NCBI GenBank assembly: GCA_000214015.2 | Contig: CAID01000007.2 | Coordinates: 250,927-281,072 of the forward strand | Source: Ostreococcus tauri | Taxonomy: Eukaryota | Length of the DNA: 30,146 nucleotides | Direction: 5' to 3' | In this document: piece by piece, positions 17,394 to 25,444 of the stretch | Layout: each line of letters opens with the position of its first letter | Position numbering within the stretch: position 1 is the first letter of the stretch | Notes under the pieces: model-generated | Database searches by the model: none | What the model saw: only the letters and a program-made list of their open reading frames with translations | Told to the model about the DNA's origin: nothing | Made by a program: the position numbers and the translations under genes

Positions 17394-17402
17394 TATATAT
17401 AT
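17394..17402. promoter_or_regulatory. TATA-like element (TATATATAT) in the POR upstream region
   Basis: An alternating TA 9-mer in otherwise GC-rich DNA, about 160 bp upstream of the POR ATG (17237, minus strand). A role as the POR core promoter is inferred only. Confidence 0.35.
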
Positions 17403-17599
17403 TGGTGGCGTTGCGTGAAACGTGTTATACCACTATTGCCGGGTCATGACTCCGAAAAGAACCCCGATTCGGATACAATAAGAGCCGTAACATGTACGAT
17501 ACAAAGGTTAATGTGCTGGGCTGGCGGAAAATTCGTAGTCGTGTAGTATCGAGCGCGTTCAGCCTATTTCCAGGCAAGACGAACGCCTCGGCAACGATC

Positions 17600-17616
17600 C
17601 ACGTGTAATGACGTGA
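17600..17616. promoter_or_regulatory. G-box (CACGTG) plus an adjacent ACGT-core element (TGACGTGA)
   Basis: CACGTG lies at 17600-17605 and TGACGTGA at 17609-17616. They sit about 365 bp upstream of the POR ATG and 28 bp upstream of the tRNA. These are candidate bZIP/bHLH binding sites; function is inferred. Confidence 0.3.
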
Positions 17617-17643
17617 GTCCAGTGCCCTCTCCCGAGCGGCGCG

Positions 17644-17752
17644 TTCGCGATCGTATAGTGGTCAGTATGCTCGGCTGTCATTCTCAGCTACAGCTCGGCT
17701 GTCATCTCAGCTCAGCTCCCGAGAGACCGGGGTTCAATTCCCCGTCGCGAAA
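17644..17752 (+). tRNA. trnD-GUC: tRNA-Asp (anticodon GTC) with a 37-nt intron at the canonical 37/38 position
   Basis: Hand-folded cloverleaf. Acceptor stem TTCGCGA/TCGCGAA has 7 Watson-Crick pairs. D arm is GTAT-AGTGGTCA-GTAT. Anticodon stem is CTCGG/CCGAG with loop CT-GTC-A[intron 17681-17717]C. Variable loop is 4 nt (AGAC). T arm is CGGGG-TTCAATT-CCCCG. The discriminator is A at 17752. The T arm and acceptor 3' strand closely match yeast tRNA-Asp as I recall it. Mature length is 72 nt. Confidence 0.8.
17681..17717 (+). other. tRNA intron containing a duplicate of the 5' anticodon-arm sequence
   Basis: GCTCGGCTGTCAT at 17669-17681 (exon and anticodon) recurs exactly at 17693-17705, inside the intron. 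CTCAGCT follows both copies. Confidence 0.75.
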
Positions 17753-17759
17753 ATTTCTC

Positions 17760-17763
17760 TTTT
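17760..17763 (+). terminator. Pol III T-run (TTTT) downstream of the tRNA
   Basis: The sequence after the discriminator base reads AATTTCTCTTTTG. The T4 run begins 8 nt after the tRNA 3' end. Confidence 0.5.
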
Positions 17764-17875
17764 GCATCTAACGAGAGGCTTGAACCAACGGCACGTTAAT
17801 AATGCTCACATTTTTTTGGACGACGAAGACGAGGATGGGCAGGAATAAATAAATAATGACGCGCCAGCGGCGAGA

Positions 17876-18979
17876 TTACAAAGACGCGTAGTCGTCGGGC
17901 AATCCGCACGGCGAACCAACGCGACGTTGATGCACCCAGACGCGCACGATCCATTTCTCTTCCGTGGCCTCCGCGCCCTCGTGCTCGACGCGCTCGTCGA
18001 ACTCGCCGTCGACGTTCGCCGGGAAAAATAAGAGCGCCCGTCCTTTCGCCGGTTGCACGGCGAGACCGTCCTCCAGACGGCCGAACACTGTCTGTCCTCC
18101 ACCTTTGATTTCGTCGACGTCGTTTAAGTATACCAACAGCGTCGCGAGCGTCTGTCCTCCGCGGTCGGCATCTTCGACGTCCGCGCGTTGATTCGCGTCG
18201 AAGTGGGGCGCCAACTTTTGCCCGGGCTCGTATCGAATAACCGTCGGCGCCTCGTACTGCGTCCACGAGGTCTCCGGGAGCAATCTTTCCGTCGCGCGTA
18301 TGAGTTCGCGTTCGCCCGCGCCCGAACCATCGAGCGCGGTGCTCGTGCTCGTGCGAAGCTCCCTCAGCTCAGCTTCCTTCATCGCCACCGTTGACATCGA
18401 GGCGCCGTACGCCGCGCCGACCGCGGCAAGGTACCCGACTACTCCCTCCCCGAGCAACCCCAAGCCGCTCTGTCCGAACGCAGTTGATCCTATGAGCATC
18501 GCTAGCGCCCCCACCCACACCGCGGGCCCACTGGAGACGGTGGACGTCCAAGCCTCTACATCTCGCGTCCAACCCGCGTACACCACCGGGCTCTGCGTCA
18601 TGTCCCCCTTCGCCCGCGCGCGTGCGATTACGTCCTCGCACGCGGCGGGGGATAAGAATTCGTCAATCACGAAGACGTCCGGTGAAGCGTGGAGCTGGCG
18701 CAGGCCATCGGCGTAGCGGTCGACCACGAGGTGTCGGTCGAGCGCGAGGCCTCGAGCGTGAGACTTCGACGCGCTCGCCGCGCCGAACGAGGATGACGCG
18801 CGAACAAGCGTCACGCGAGACGCCCTATAATTTCGTCGGCGCGACGCGGACGTCGATGCGCCCGCGCCACGAACGCGCGCGACGTCGACGAGGGACATCC
18901 GCGTGACACGAGCGAGGCGCCGTGTGTCGCGGCGCGAGGCAAGTCCGAGCGAGACGAAGAGGATGCCACGTTTTCCCAT
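17876..18979 (-). CDS. 2-oxoglutarate/Fe(II) oxygenase, prolyl 4-hydroxylase alpha-like, with a transit-peptide-like N-terminus and an inserted hydrophobic hairpin
   Basis: P4H-type core: FVIDEFLSPAACEDVI.., VIRYEPGQKLAPHFDAN (HxD), GGQTLATLLVYLNDVDE..GGQTVF, AVQPAKGRALLFFP, RVEHEG (distal His), EEKWIVRVWVHQ. ATG candidates are 18979 (MGKRGILFVSLGLASRR, preferred) and 19072, which lies only 41 nt from the bL21 stop codon. Confidence 0.8.
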   Translation of the reverse strand: MGKRGILFVSLGLASRRDTRRLARVTRMSLVDVARVRGAGASTSASRRRNYRASRVTLVRASSSFGAASASKSHARGLALDRHLVVDRYADGLRQLHASPDVFVIDEFLSPAACEDVIARARAKGDMTQSPVVYAGWTRDVEAWTSTVSSGPAVWVGALAMLIGSTAFGQSGLGLLGEGVVGYLAAVGAAYGASMSTVAMKEAELRELRTSTSTALDGSGAGERELIRATERLLPETSWTQYEAPTVIRYEPGQKLAPHFDANQRADVEDADRGGQTLATLLVYLNDVDEIKGGGQTVFGRLEDGLAVQPAKGRALLFFPANVDGEFDERVEHEGAEATEEKWIVRVWVHQRRVGSPCGLPDDYASL

Positions 18980-19113
18980 GCGTGCTAAGTCACGTATTAC
19001 ACAACTCCTAGCGAAATAATTAACCGTCGTGCGCGTGATATCATCATGACTTCTATGTGTGAATGAATCCATCGCCCTCGCGCGCTGGCCGTGCGCCTCC
19101 TCTCACCGTGCGC

Positions 19114-19499
19114 TTACGCCTTGACCACCTTGGTGACGAGGAATCGCGTCATCGCTTGGCGGTGACCGTTCTTTCTGCGATAGTGCTTCTTCGGTCTGTA
19201 TTTGAAGACGATGACCTTCTTGTCGTCGTAGTTCTCCAACACCGTCGCCTCGACGCGCGCGCCCGACACGTACGGGTGACCCCACGTCGGAGCGTTGCCA
19301 TCGTGCGTGCCGAGAACGCGCTCGAACGCGATCTTCGAGCCCGGTTCGACGCCTTTAAGGCTGTGGCACTCGTAGTATCGACCCTCGGAAACGAACTGTT
19401 GCGAGCCGCCCACCTCGATGATGGCGTCCCACTTCGGCGCGGCGCCAGTCGACGGGGGCGTGGCGAACCCGATTTGGTTGATCGAGCTCTCCGCGGTCA
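19114..19499 (-). CDS. RPL21: Organellar bacterial-type ribosomal protein bL21, exon 2
   Basis: bL21 core: WDAIIEVGGSQQFVSEGRYY..KIAFERVL..VEATVLENYDDKKVIVFKYRPKKHYRRKNGHRQAMTRFLVTKV. The track start at 19500 is GTG, and its G is the last base of a CAG acceptor. I therefore read this as an internal exon in phase 1. Confidence 0.85.
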
Positions 19500-19690
19500 C
19501 TGCGCGAGTGAAACCAATATCGCGCGATCACACGTCAGTCGTCGCGTTCTCGCAGTCTCTCGATTTTCATCCGGGTGTCCACCGTGCGCGATCGCTTTTT
19601 CACTGTCCTCCGCGCGCGGGCCCTATCCAGGTTTTAGGTTTAGGGTCGTCCAATCGTCGCCCTCGCGCGCGTCGTTCGTCCCGCACGCAC
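19500..19690 (-). other. Spliceosomal intron (191 nt) of the bL21 gene
   Basis: On the minus strand the donor is GAAG|GTGCGT (GT at 19690-19689) and the acceptor is CGCGCAG| (AG at 19501-19500). A branch-like GACTGAC lies about 35 nt upstream of the acceptor. Exon 1 is 145 nt and exon 2 is 386 nt, giving 531 nt, in frame (176 aa). Confidence 0.7.
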
Positions 19691-19835
19691 CTTCGCATCG
19701 AACGTCACGTTTGTTCGCACGAATGAGCGAAGAAACCTTCGTCCCGACGCGCTCGGCGCTCGCCTTGGAGCTCAATCGCGCGCGCGCAGACGCCGCCGAG
19801 GCGGTCGTCGCCGTCATCGTCATCGATGCGAGCAT
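19691..19835 (-). CDS. RPL21: bL21 exon 1, encoding a transit-peptide-like presequence
   Basis: ATG at 19835. Sequence MLASMTMTATTASAASARARLSSKASAERVGTKVSSLIRANKRDVRCE is rich in Ala/Ser/Thr/Arg and poor in acidic residues. Its terminal G joins the TG of exon 2 to form a Val codon. Confidence 0.7.
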
Positions 19836-20085
19836 GTTTCGTTCGGGTGTACTTTGTGGCTCTCGGTGCGTCCGTCACGGACTGCCGATCGAACAGGTGC
19901 TCGCGGTAAATTACTCTCGACCGGATTGACCGAGCGAGCGAGGTGTGCGGCGCGTTCCGACGCGACGTCGAGTGCGGTCGAGGCGCGCGCGCGCACTGGG
20001 AGCCTGTGCTTTCGTCTCGGGGACGGCAAAAAGGGCCACGGTGCACTACTCTGGTTATCGTAAACCCATCATTCAGCAACGTGAG

Positions 20086-21459
20086 ATGTTTTCTCGCGCG
20101 CGTGCGCCGCGTGCGACACCCGGGAGTGCAAACCGCCATCGCGCGGGACCCAGCGCATCGCGCGCGCGCGCGTCGGAGTCCGACGCGGCGCGAAGGATGC
20201 CGACGGCGCGCGATGCGTCACCGATCGAGTCCAGCCCGTTGATCGCGTCGACGCGCGCGAGCACGGGGCGAACGCTCTCGCGTGCGTCGGCTTTGGTGGT
20301 GGCTTTGGTGTTGGCGTCGGTGTTGGTGTTGGCGTCGGTGTCGACGTCCTCGACGGGCGAGAGCGCGCTCGGGCGCGCGCTCGGGTCGCGGACGCATCGC
20401 AGTCGACTTTCGGACGATGATGTGTACGCGGTTAACCGCGAGAGTGCGGCGCTTGGGTGCGAGAATGCGACGAGGCGGGCGGCCTTGGGAGGAGCGAAGC
20501 GCTTCGCGTGGTTGGTACAGAGCGCGCACGGGGTGGACCCGAACGCGCTCGCGTCGGCATCGCGAGACTTTTTCTCGCTTAGTTATGACAGCGATCCGGG
20601 GAGCGGGGATCCGTTCAAGTTCTACGCGCCAGGGACAACTTGGACGACGGGGAGAAACGCCCTGCTCGAGCGCGCGCTCGAGCGGAACCCGTTGTACGAA
20701 TACTTCGTATTCCTCGATCACGACATGATAAAATTGATGGGGCGGAATCCGCAGGCGTATATGGATAAATTCGAGGCTTGGCTCGATAGGGCAAAGCCCG
20801 CGCTTGCGTGGACGCCGTTTACAAAGGAATGGAGCCGTCGGATGTACCGCAGCGTGCAACAGCGTGTGATCCACGGTCCAGCAAGACTGGATGATAACTT
20901 TGTGGCGTTCCACACGAGCACGCTCGGAATGGTTCTCCCTTACGATTCACATTTCGACTCTACGTGCATCTTTGCCTCCGCTGAACTCGCCCATTTGCAC
21001 GCTGCGGCGTTTTACGCGCACGGGTTCCTGGGAGTGAAGGACCCGGCGCTTCACGTTCACGGCCGTGAAGAACACAGGCACCATGACGCGCAGTACAACT
21101 CAGAGGGGTGCGATTCCATTTTCGCAATGGGCAATACGGAGGCTAAAGAGTACTTCATCAACCTCTTCAGGTCGCCCCTCGTTCGGCGCTTCGCGAACGA
21201 CGGGGCCTATTCGGAAGCTTCAGCCTCCCCTCACGAAAAACCCAGAGAGTCGTTACATCGGTTCCGAAAAGGAACAACGGCGTTTAAAGAACGCTGTTCC
21301 GAGACCATTCCTAGATTTCGCATCACCCGTAAGTGGTTGGAAGAGAACGCGACGCCGGACACGCCTTGGCTGCAGCAACGCTTCGACTTCATGTCCAAAT
21401 TTCCACACCTCTTCTCTGAGGAAGGCTTCGTCGCCGACCCACCGCAGTGTCCTCCGTGA
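20086..21459 (+). CDS. Hypothetical type II membrane protein; possible GT-A-like glycosyltransferase with a DxD-type motif
   Basis: The track start at 19945 is GTG. ATG candidates are 20086 (MFSRARAPR) and 20197 (MPTARDAS). A single N-proximal TM helix (ALVVALVLASVLVLASV) is followed by a roughly 380-aa lumenal domain. That domain contains YAPGTTWTTGRNALLERAL..YEYFVFLDHDM, with DHD at 20716-20724. I do not recognise a named family. Confidence 0.6.
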   Translation: MFSRARAPRATPGSANRHRAGPSASRARASESDAARRMPTARDASPIESSPLIASTRASTGRTLSRASALVVALVLASVLVLASVSTSSTGESALGRALGSRTHRSRLSDDDVYAVNRESAALGCENATRRAALGGAKRFAWLVQSAHGVDPNALASASRDFFSLSYDSDPGSGDPFKFYAPGTTWTTGRNALLERALERNPLYEYFVFLDHDMIKLMGRNPQAYMDKFEAWLDRAKPALAWTPFTKEWSRRMYRSVQQRVIHGPARLDDNFVAFHTSTLGMVLPYDSHFDSTCIFASAELAHLHAAAFYAHGFLGVKDPALHVHGREEHRHHDAQYNSEGCDSIFAMGNTEAKEYFINLFRSPLVRRFANDGAYSEASASPHEKPRESLHRFRKGTTAFKERCSETIPRFRITRKWLEENATPDTPWLQQRFDFMSKFPHLFSEEGFVADPPQCPP

Positions 21460-21613
21460 TAGCTACTTATCGTAGTTAAGTTTTATAGTGCATCAATCCA
21501 CAGCCCATTCTCGGACTCGATCCGTTCTCTTCCGACGTCACGGCGCTCTTGCTCGCGAGAGGTTCCAGTAAAGAATAACAGTGACGACACACGTCATCAC
21601 TTCGCCGCTCGAT

Positions 21614-22216
21614 ATGCGCGCCGTCGCGTCGTACCAACACCTCACGCTCGCCACAATCACACCGCGCGGTCTCTCGAGACGCCGCGCGCGAGGCGGACGC
21701 GCACACCGGTCGTCGACGATCCGAACCGGGGTGGAGGAAGAGACCAACTTTGCACCGATAGACGGCGACAGCGACGACGCCCCGGGGGGCGTCGCGGACG
21801 GTCGGTTCGGTCTGGAGTGCGTCCTGTGCGTTGGGTTCACCAGGGAAGAGCTCAAGGTTTGGCGAGAGATCTTAAACGAGATCGGAGCGGATTTCATCAG
21901 GGTGAATGCGTGTGAGAAGAACGCGTTACGAGCACCGCTGGGACGGGCACTGGAGGCGACGCAAGACGACGCGAGTTCGGTGAAGCAAGCGCTTGGTGTG
22001 CCGAGAATGATGTTTTTGAGCGGCATGAGCTCAACGGAAGTACTGGAGATCATAGATGTGTATCGAGAGGAGTCTGAGGCAAGAGGGTGGGCGCCGTGCG
22101 TCTTCGCGTGCGCCGTGCCGAAAAATTACGAGACCAACGTGGGAGATTTACTTGCAGAGATCATGGACGATCACGAGCGTCTCACCGGTGCAGGATCGTG
22201 CGAGATGAATCCTTAA
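21614..22216 (+). CDS. Small protein with a transit-peptide-like N-terminus and a DUF3783-like C-terminal domain
   Basis: The track start at 21581 is GTG; the first ATG is 21614 (MRAVASYQHLTLATITPRGLSRRRARGG). The C-terminal MMFLSGMSSTEVLEIIDVYREE..CVFACAVPKNYETNVGDLLAEIMDDHERL matches the DUF3783 pattern as I remember it. Confidence 0.55.
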   Translation: MRAVASYQHLTLATITPRGLSRRRARGGRAHRSSTIRTGVEEETNFAPIDGDSDDAPGGVADGRFGLECVLCVGFTREELKVWREILNEIGADFIRVNACEKNALRAPLGRALEATQDDASSVKQALGVPRMMFLSGMSSTEVLEIIDVYREESEARGWAPCVFACAVPKNYETNVGDLLAEIMDDHERLTGAGSCEMNP

Positions 22217-22298
22217 TAGTAGTCGTGGTCGTTTGTAAGTGTACGCTCCCTAGGATGGCACCTTATGACAACATCGTCGCATCGTCGCTAAAAGAGTT

Positions 22299-24245
22299 CT
22301 ACTTCATCGAGCGTTTCTTCTTCTTTTCAATCTCAGCCGCGCTCGGACCAACAGAGACTTTACGTTTCCCTCCCATCGATCCCGTGAATTTTTTCACAAA
22401 CACACCACCGCGTCCAGACTTGTCGCTATTCCACCATGCCTTCTTCCGCCGCATGTCACAGTCATCGTCTTCCTCATCGCCCGCTTCGCTTTCCACATGT
22501 TCACCTCGTCGCCAATCATCTTGCTTTCCCGCGGCTGGCTTCTTCTCCGCATCGTTGTTCTCATCTTCTTCTTCCTCCACCTCCAATTCGCCATGTTCAT
22601 CAGCGGGATCTTCGTTGAACCGATCGGCGTTCTTGACACTCTTCGCATTTGTCTTCGGAAGACTCGCAGCGACCTTTGCCAAGATTTCTAGATTTGGATC
22701 GACGAAGTGGTCACCCTTCTTCAAGAGCTCAATCAAATCTCCGGCGAGCGGCGCAAACTTGCGTGTAAAAAATGAGAGTGCGGCACCACGTTTGCCCTGG
22801 CGCCCGGCTCGACCGACGCGATGGCGATATTGCTCAATGCTACCCGGGAAATCCCAGTTCACAACATACTCCAACCCCGCGATGTCCAGACCTCGACCGG
22901 CGACATCCGTGGCAATCAATACGGGCGTCTTCCCTGCCTTGAAATCTTTCATGGCTTGGTCTCGTCGCTCCTGTTTCATCGTACCGAAGAGCGTGCTCAC
23001 CTTTTCGTTGTGCCGCTTGCAGAGTTCGGCGATGAATTGGACCGTTTTGATGCGATTTGCAAAGACGAGGACTCGGCTTCGAGCTCTGCCGTCGGCGGCG
23101 CGAAGCTTGGTAATATACTTCATCAGTTTCCGGCTCTTCTTGTGCTCGGCGCAAACGTGCACGGTTTGTTCAACGGTAGCCATATGTGTTGTCATTTCGT
23201 CATCGCTTTTCCCCGCCATCGTCCCCGATTTACCGTCTGCAACTTCAATCTTCACTGTCTCGAAGCCTTCGCCGAGCCACGACTTGCTAATTGTTCGCAC
23301 CGCCTTGGGGAACGTCGCGCTGAATAGCAAGGTCTGTCTGCCGTCGTTAGCGTTCGGAAGTGCATCACGAATCTTCAACAACTGCTCCTCGAACCCGAGG
23401 GCGAGCATGCGGTCGGCCTCGTCCAAGACGAGGATCTTGCATCGATCCAACTTCAGCGCGCCGGATTCGAGTACTGCGTTCAACCGACCTGGTGTCCCGA
23501 TGACTAGAAAAGCGTGGGAAGTGTGCTGCCCCAACGCTTCTTCTTGATCTTCTTGCGATACGCCGCCGTACACTGCCACTGAGCGAACCGGGACCGCCTT
23601 CTTGAGCTTGTTACACACGGTGGAGATTTGCAGCGTGAGCTCGCGAGTGGGCGCCACTACGAGCGCCGCCGGCGACCCCGGGTACTTCTTGCCAGCGTTC
23701 GGATTTTCCCTTAGATCACGGAGCGCGACCTCGATCGCAGGCAACAAAAATCCGAGTGTCTTCCCGCTCCCCGGCGGCGCGATCGCGAGTACATCCTTTC
23801 CCGCGCACGCCGCCGGCCAGCAACCGCGCTGCACTGGCGTCGTCCTTCGATGCCCGATGCTCTTCATTGCGTCCATGAAATAATCCGGCACCGCCGACCC
23901 CTCACCATCCACAACGATCTCACCCCCGCCCTCCATCTCCCCCATCGCCTCGTCTCCTGTCTTTAAATCCTCCCTCGCCGCCCGCATCTTCTTCCGCAGC
24001 GCCTTACTCGCCACCCGCTCTCGCTCCGCCCTTCTCTTTTCGCCGCTACGTCGCGCCTCCTCTCGCTCGTCCTCCTCTCGAAGCGCCGGCGGCGTCGGCG
24101 GCGCGTTCGCGCACATCCCTCTCAGCGCTCTCTTCGGCCCCTTTTTCCCACGAATACGCCGTCCGTTCTCGTCCACGCGCGACGCCGCGCGCGCCTTCTT
24201 CGCCTCGCGCTTGGAGCGTTTTCGCTGCAAAAAGTCAACCGTCAT
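22299..24245 (-). CDS. DEAD-box ATP-dependent RNA helicase with basic N-terminal and acidic/Lys-rich C-terminal extensions
   Basis: ATG at 24245 (MTVDFLQRKRSKRE). In-frame sequence further upstream would run into the PP2A gene. Motifs: Q (TTPVQRGCWP), I (AIAPPGSGKT, with an unusual Pro in place of Thr), Ia (APTRELTLQ), II (VLDEADRML), III (SAT), V (ATDVAGRGLD), VI (HRVGRAGRQG). Confidence 0.9.
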   Translation of the reverse strand: MTVDFLQRKRSKREAKKARAASRVDENGRRIRGKKGPKRALRGMCANAPPTPPALREEDEREEARRSGEKRRAERERVASKALRKKMRAAREDLKTGDEAMGEMEGGGEIVVDGEGSAVPDYFMDAMKSIGHRRTTPVQRGCWPAACAGKDVLAIAPPGSGKTLGFLLPAIEVALRDLRENPNAGKKYPGSPAALVVAPTRELTLQISTVCNKLKKAVPVRSVAVYGGVSQEDQEEALGQHTSHAFLVIGTPGRLNAVLESGALKLDRCKILVLDEADRMLALGFEEQLLKIRDALPNANDGRQTLLFSATFPKAVRTISKSWLGEGFETVKIEVADGKSGTMAGKSDDEMTTHMATVEQTVHVCAEHKKSRKLMKYITKLRAADGRARSRVLVFANRIKTVQFIAELCKRHNEKVSTLFGTMKQERRDQAMKDFKAGKTPVLIATDVAGRGLDIAGLEYVVNWDFPGSIEQYRHRVGRAGRQGKRGAALSFFTRKFAPLAGDLIELLKKGDHFVDPNLEILAKVAASLPKTNAKSVKNADRFNEDPADEHGELEVEEEEDENNDAEKKPAAGKQDDWRRGEHVESEAGDEEDDDCDMRRKKAWWNSDKSGRGGVFVKKFTGSMGGKRKVSVGPSAAEIEKKKKRSMK

Positions 24246-24505
24246 CGCGTCGTCGTCGTCGTCGCCTCGCGCGGTGCGCACGCGATCGCGCGCGCACGGT
24301 CGGTACCGAGTGACGGTGCGCACGTCGACGTGGTCTCGGTCGAGCGCGAGATCGAGCGGTGGAGCAGACGAGGAGTGAGGTGAGGAAATGCTCGGTCGAG
24401 AGAGGCGGCGGCGGCTGGGTGGTGGAAAACGCGGAGGGCGGACGCGGGCGCGGGGGGAGAGAGTGAAACAAACGCTCGTTGCCAATTGTACACGCCTATC
24501 GTCGT

Positions 24506-25444
24506 CTAAAGGAAGTAATCGGGGCATCGCTTCGCCGCCTGCTGCTCCTCGCCTCGGCGCGGCGCTGGATCGAATTGGAGGAAGGACGTCCCGAGGTTGT
24601 CGTCCACCTCCATAATGCTCGCCTGGTTGCCGCAGCGGTAACAGTAATTCGGTGCGCTGAAGATGGTTACCAGCGATTGATCGTGATGCCACAGGTAACC
24701 CTCCATGACCAGTTGATGCGCGCGGGCGATGAGCTTCAACCCGTTGTTGTGGTTGAACTGCTGCGTAATGTCTTCTCCAAAGGTGTACCCGGCGCCGCGC
24801 GGACTCATTCCCCAACCCGCGCGATCGTCTGGATCGCTCCACACTAAATCGCACACCGGCCCCTCGTGAGGGACCTCAGCGAACCGATCGATTTTACGCA
24901 CGTCCTCAAGCGTATCGATCGAGGGTGACAGCCCCCCGTGCGGGCAGAATATCTTATTCTCAATCACCGCGCTCAGAGGCATGAAGTCAAAAAGATCGGT
25001 AAACGCCTTCCAAATCCCCGCGTGACCGTACTTCCGCATGCACTCGTCGTAAAACCCGTACACCTGCGTGATCTGCCTCGATTCATGATTCCCTCTGATG
25101 ATGGTCACTCGATCCGGGTACCTCACCTTGAGCGCCACCACCAGCGTCACCGTCTCCACGCTGTAGTACCCGCGATCGACGTAATCCCCCAAGAACAGAT
25201 AATTCGTATCCGGCGCCAGACCACCCATCTTAAACATCTCCATCATGTCATGAAACTGTCCGTGTATGTCTCCCACCACCGTGACCGGCGCCCGGACGAA
25301 CTGCACGTTCGACTCCTCCGCCAGCAACCCGCGCGCTCGATCGCACAGCGCCACCACCTCATCTTCGGGCAAAAACTTATGCTCCAACAGCGTTCGCACC
25401 ATGGCGTCGTAATCACCGTACTCGGACGTTCGCAACCGCGTCAT
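24506..25444 (-). CDS. PP2Ac: Serine/threonine protein phosphatase 2A catalytic subunit (PPP family)
   Basis: The track start at 25459 is GTG; the first ATG is 25444 ([16 protein letters not shown]). It is nearly collinear with PP2Ac: [102 protein letters not shown] and the C-terminal PDYFL. Confidence 0.95.
   Translation of the reverse strand: MTRLRTSEYGDYDAMVRTLLEHKFLPEDEVVALCDRARGLLAEESNVQFVRAPVTVVGDIHGQFHDMMEMFKMGGLAPDTNYLFLGDYVDRGYYSVETVTLVVALKVRYPDRVTIIRGNHESRQITQVYGFYDECMRKYGHAGIWKAFTDLFDFMPLSAVIENKIFCPHGGLSPSIDTLEDVRKIDRFAEVPHEGPVCDLVWSDPDDRAGWGMSPRGAGYTFGEDITQQFNHNNGLKLIARAHQLVMEGYLWHHDQSLVTIFSAPNYCYRCGNQASIMEVDDNLGTSFLQFDPAPRRGEEQQAAKRCPDYFL

Noticed and set aside
17403-17599. AT-richer ORF-free stretch as a possible snRNA or snoRNA gene
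   Set aside because: I found no convincing C/D boxes, H/ACA boxes or Sm site on either strand. Promoter or spacer DNA of POR and the tRNA gene explains it more simply.
19623-19835. 70-aa ORF as a stand-alone small gene
   Set aside because: I reinterpret it as bL21 exon 1 reading through into the intron. The in-frame GT donor at 19690 and the acceptor at 19500 join it precisely to the bL21 core.
20281-20345. Imperfect GGTGTTGGCGTC-type tandem repetition
   Set aside because: It simply encodes the Ala/Leu/Val/Ser-rich transmembrane helix of the orphan type II protein. It is not an independent repeat element.
22087-23547. 486-aa plus-strand ORF
   Set aside because: It is fully antisense to the DEAD-box helicase, which carries all canonical motifs. 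Its translation is Ser/Phe/Pro-rich with no recognisable domain.
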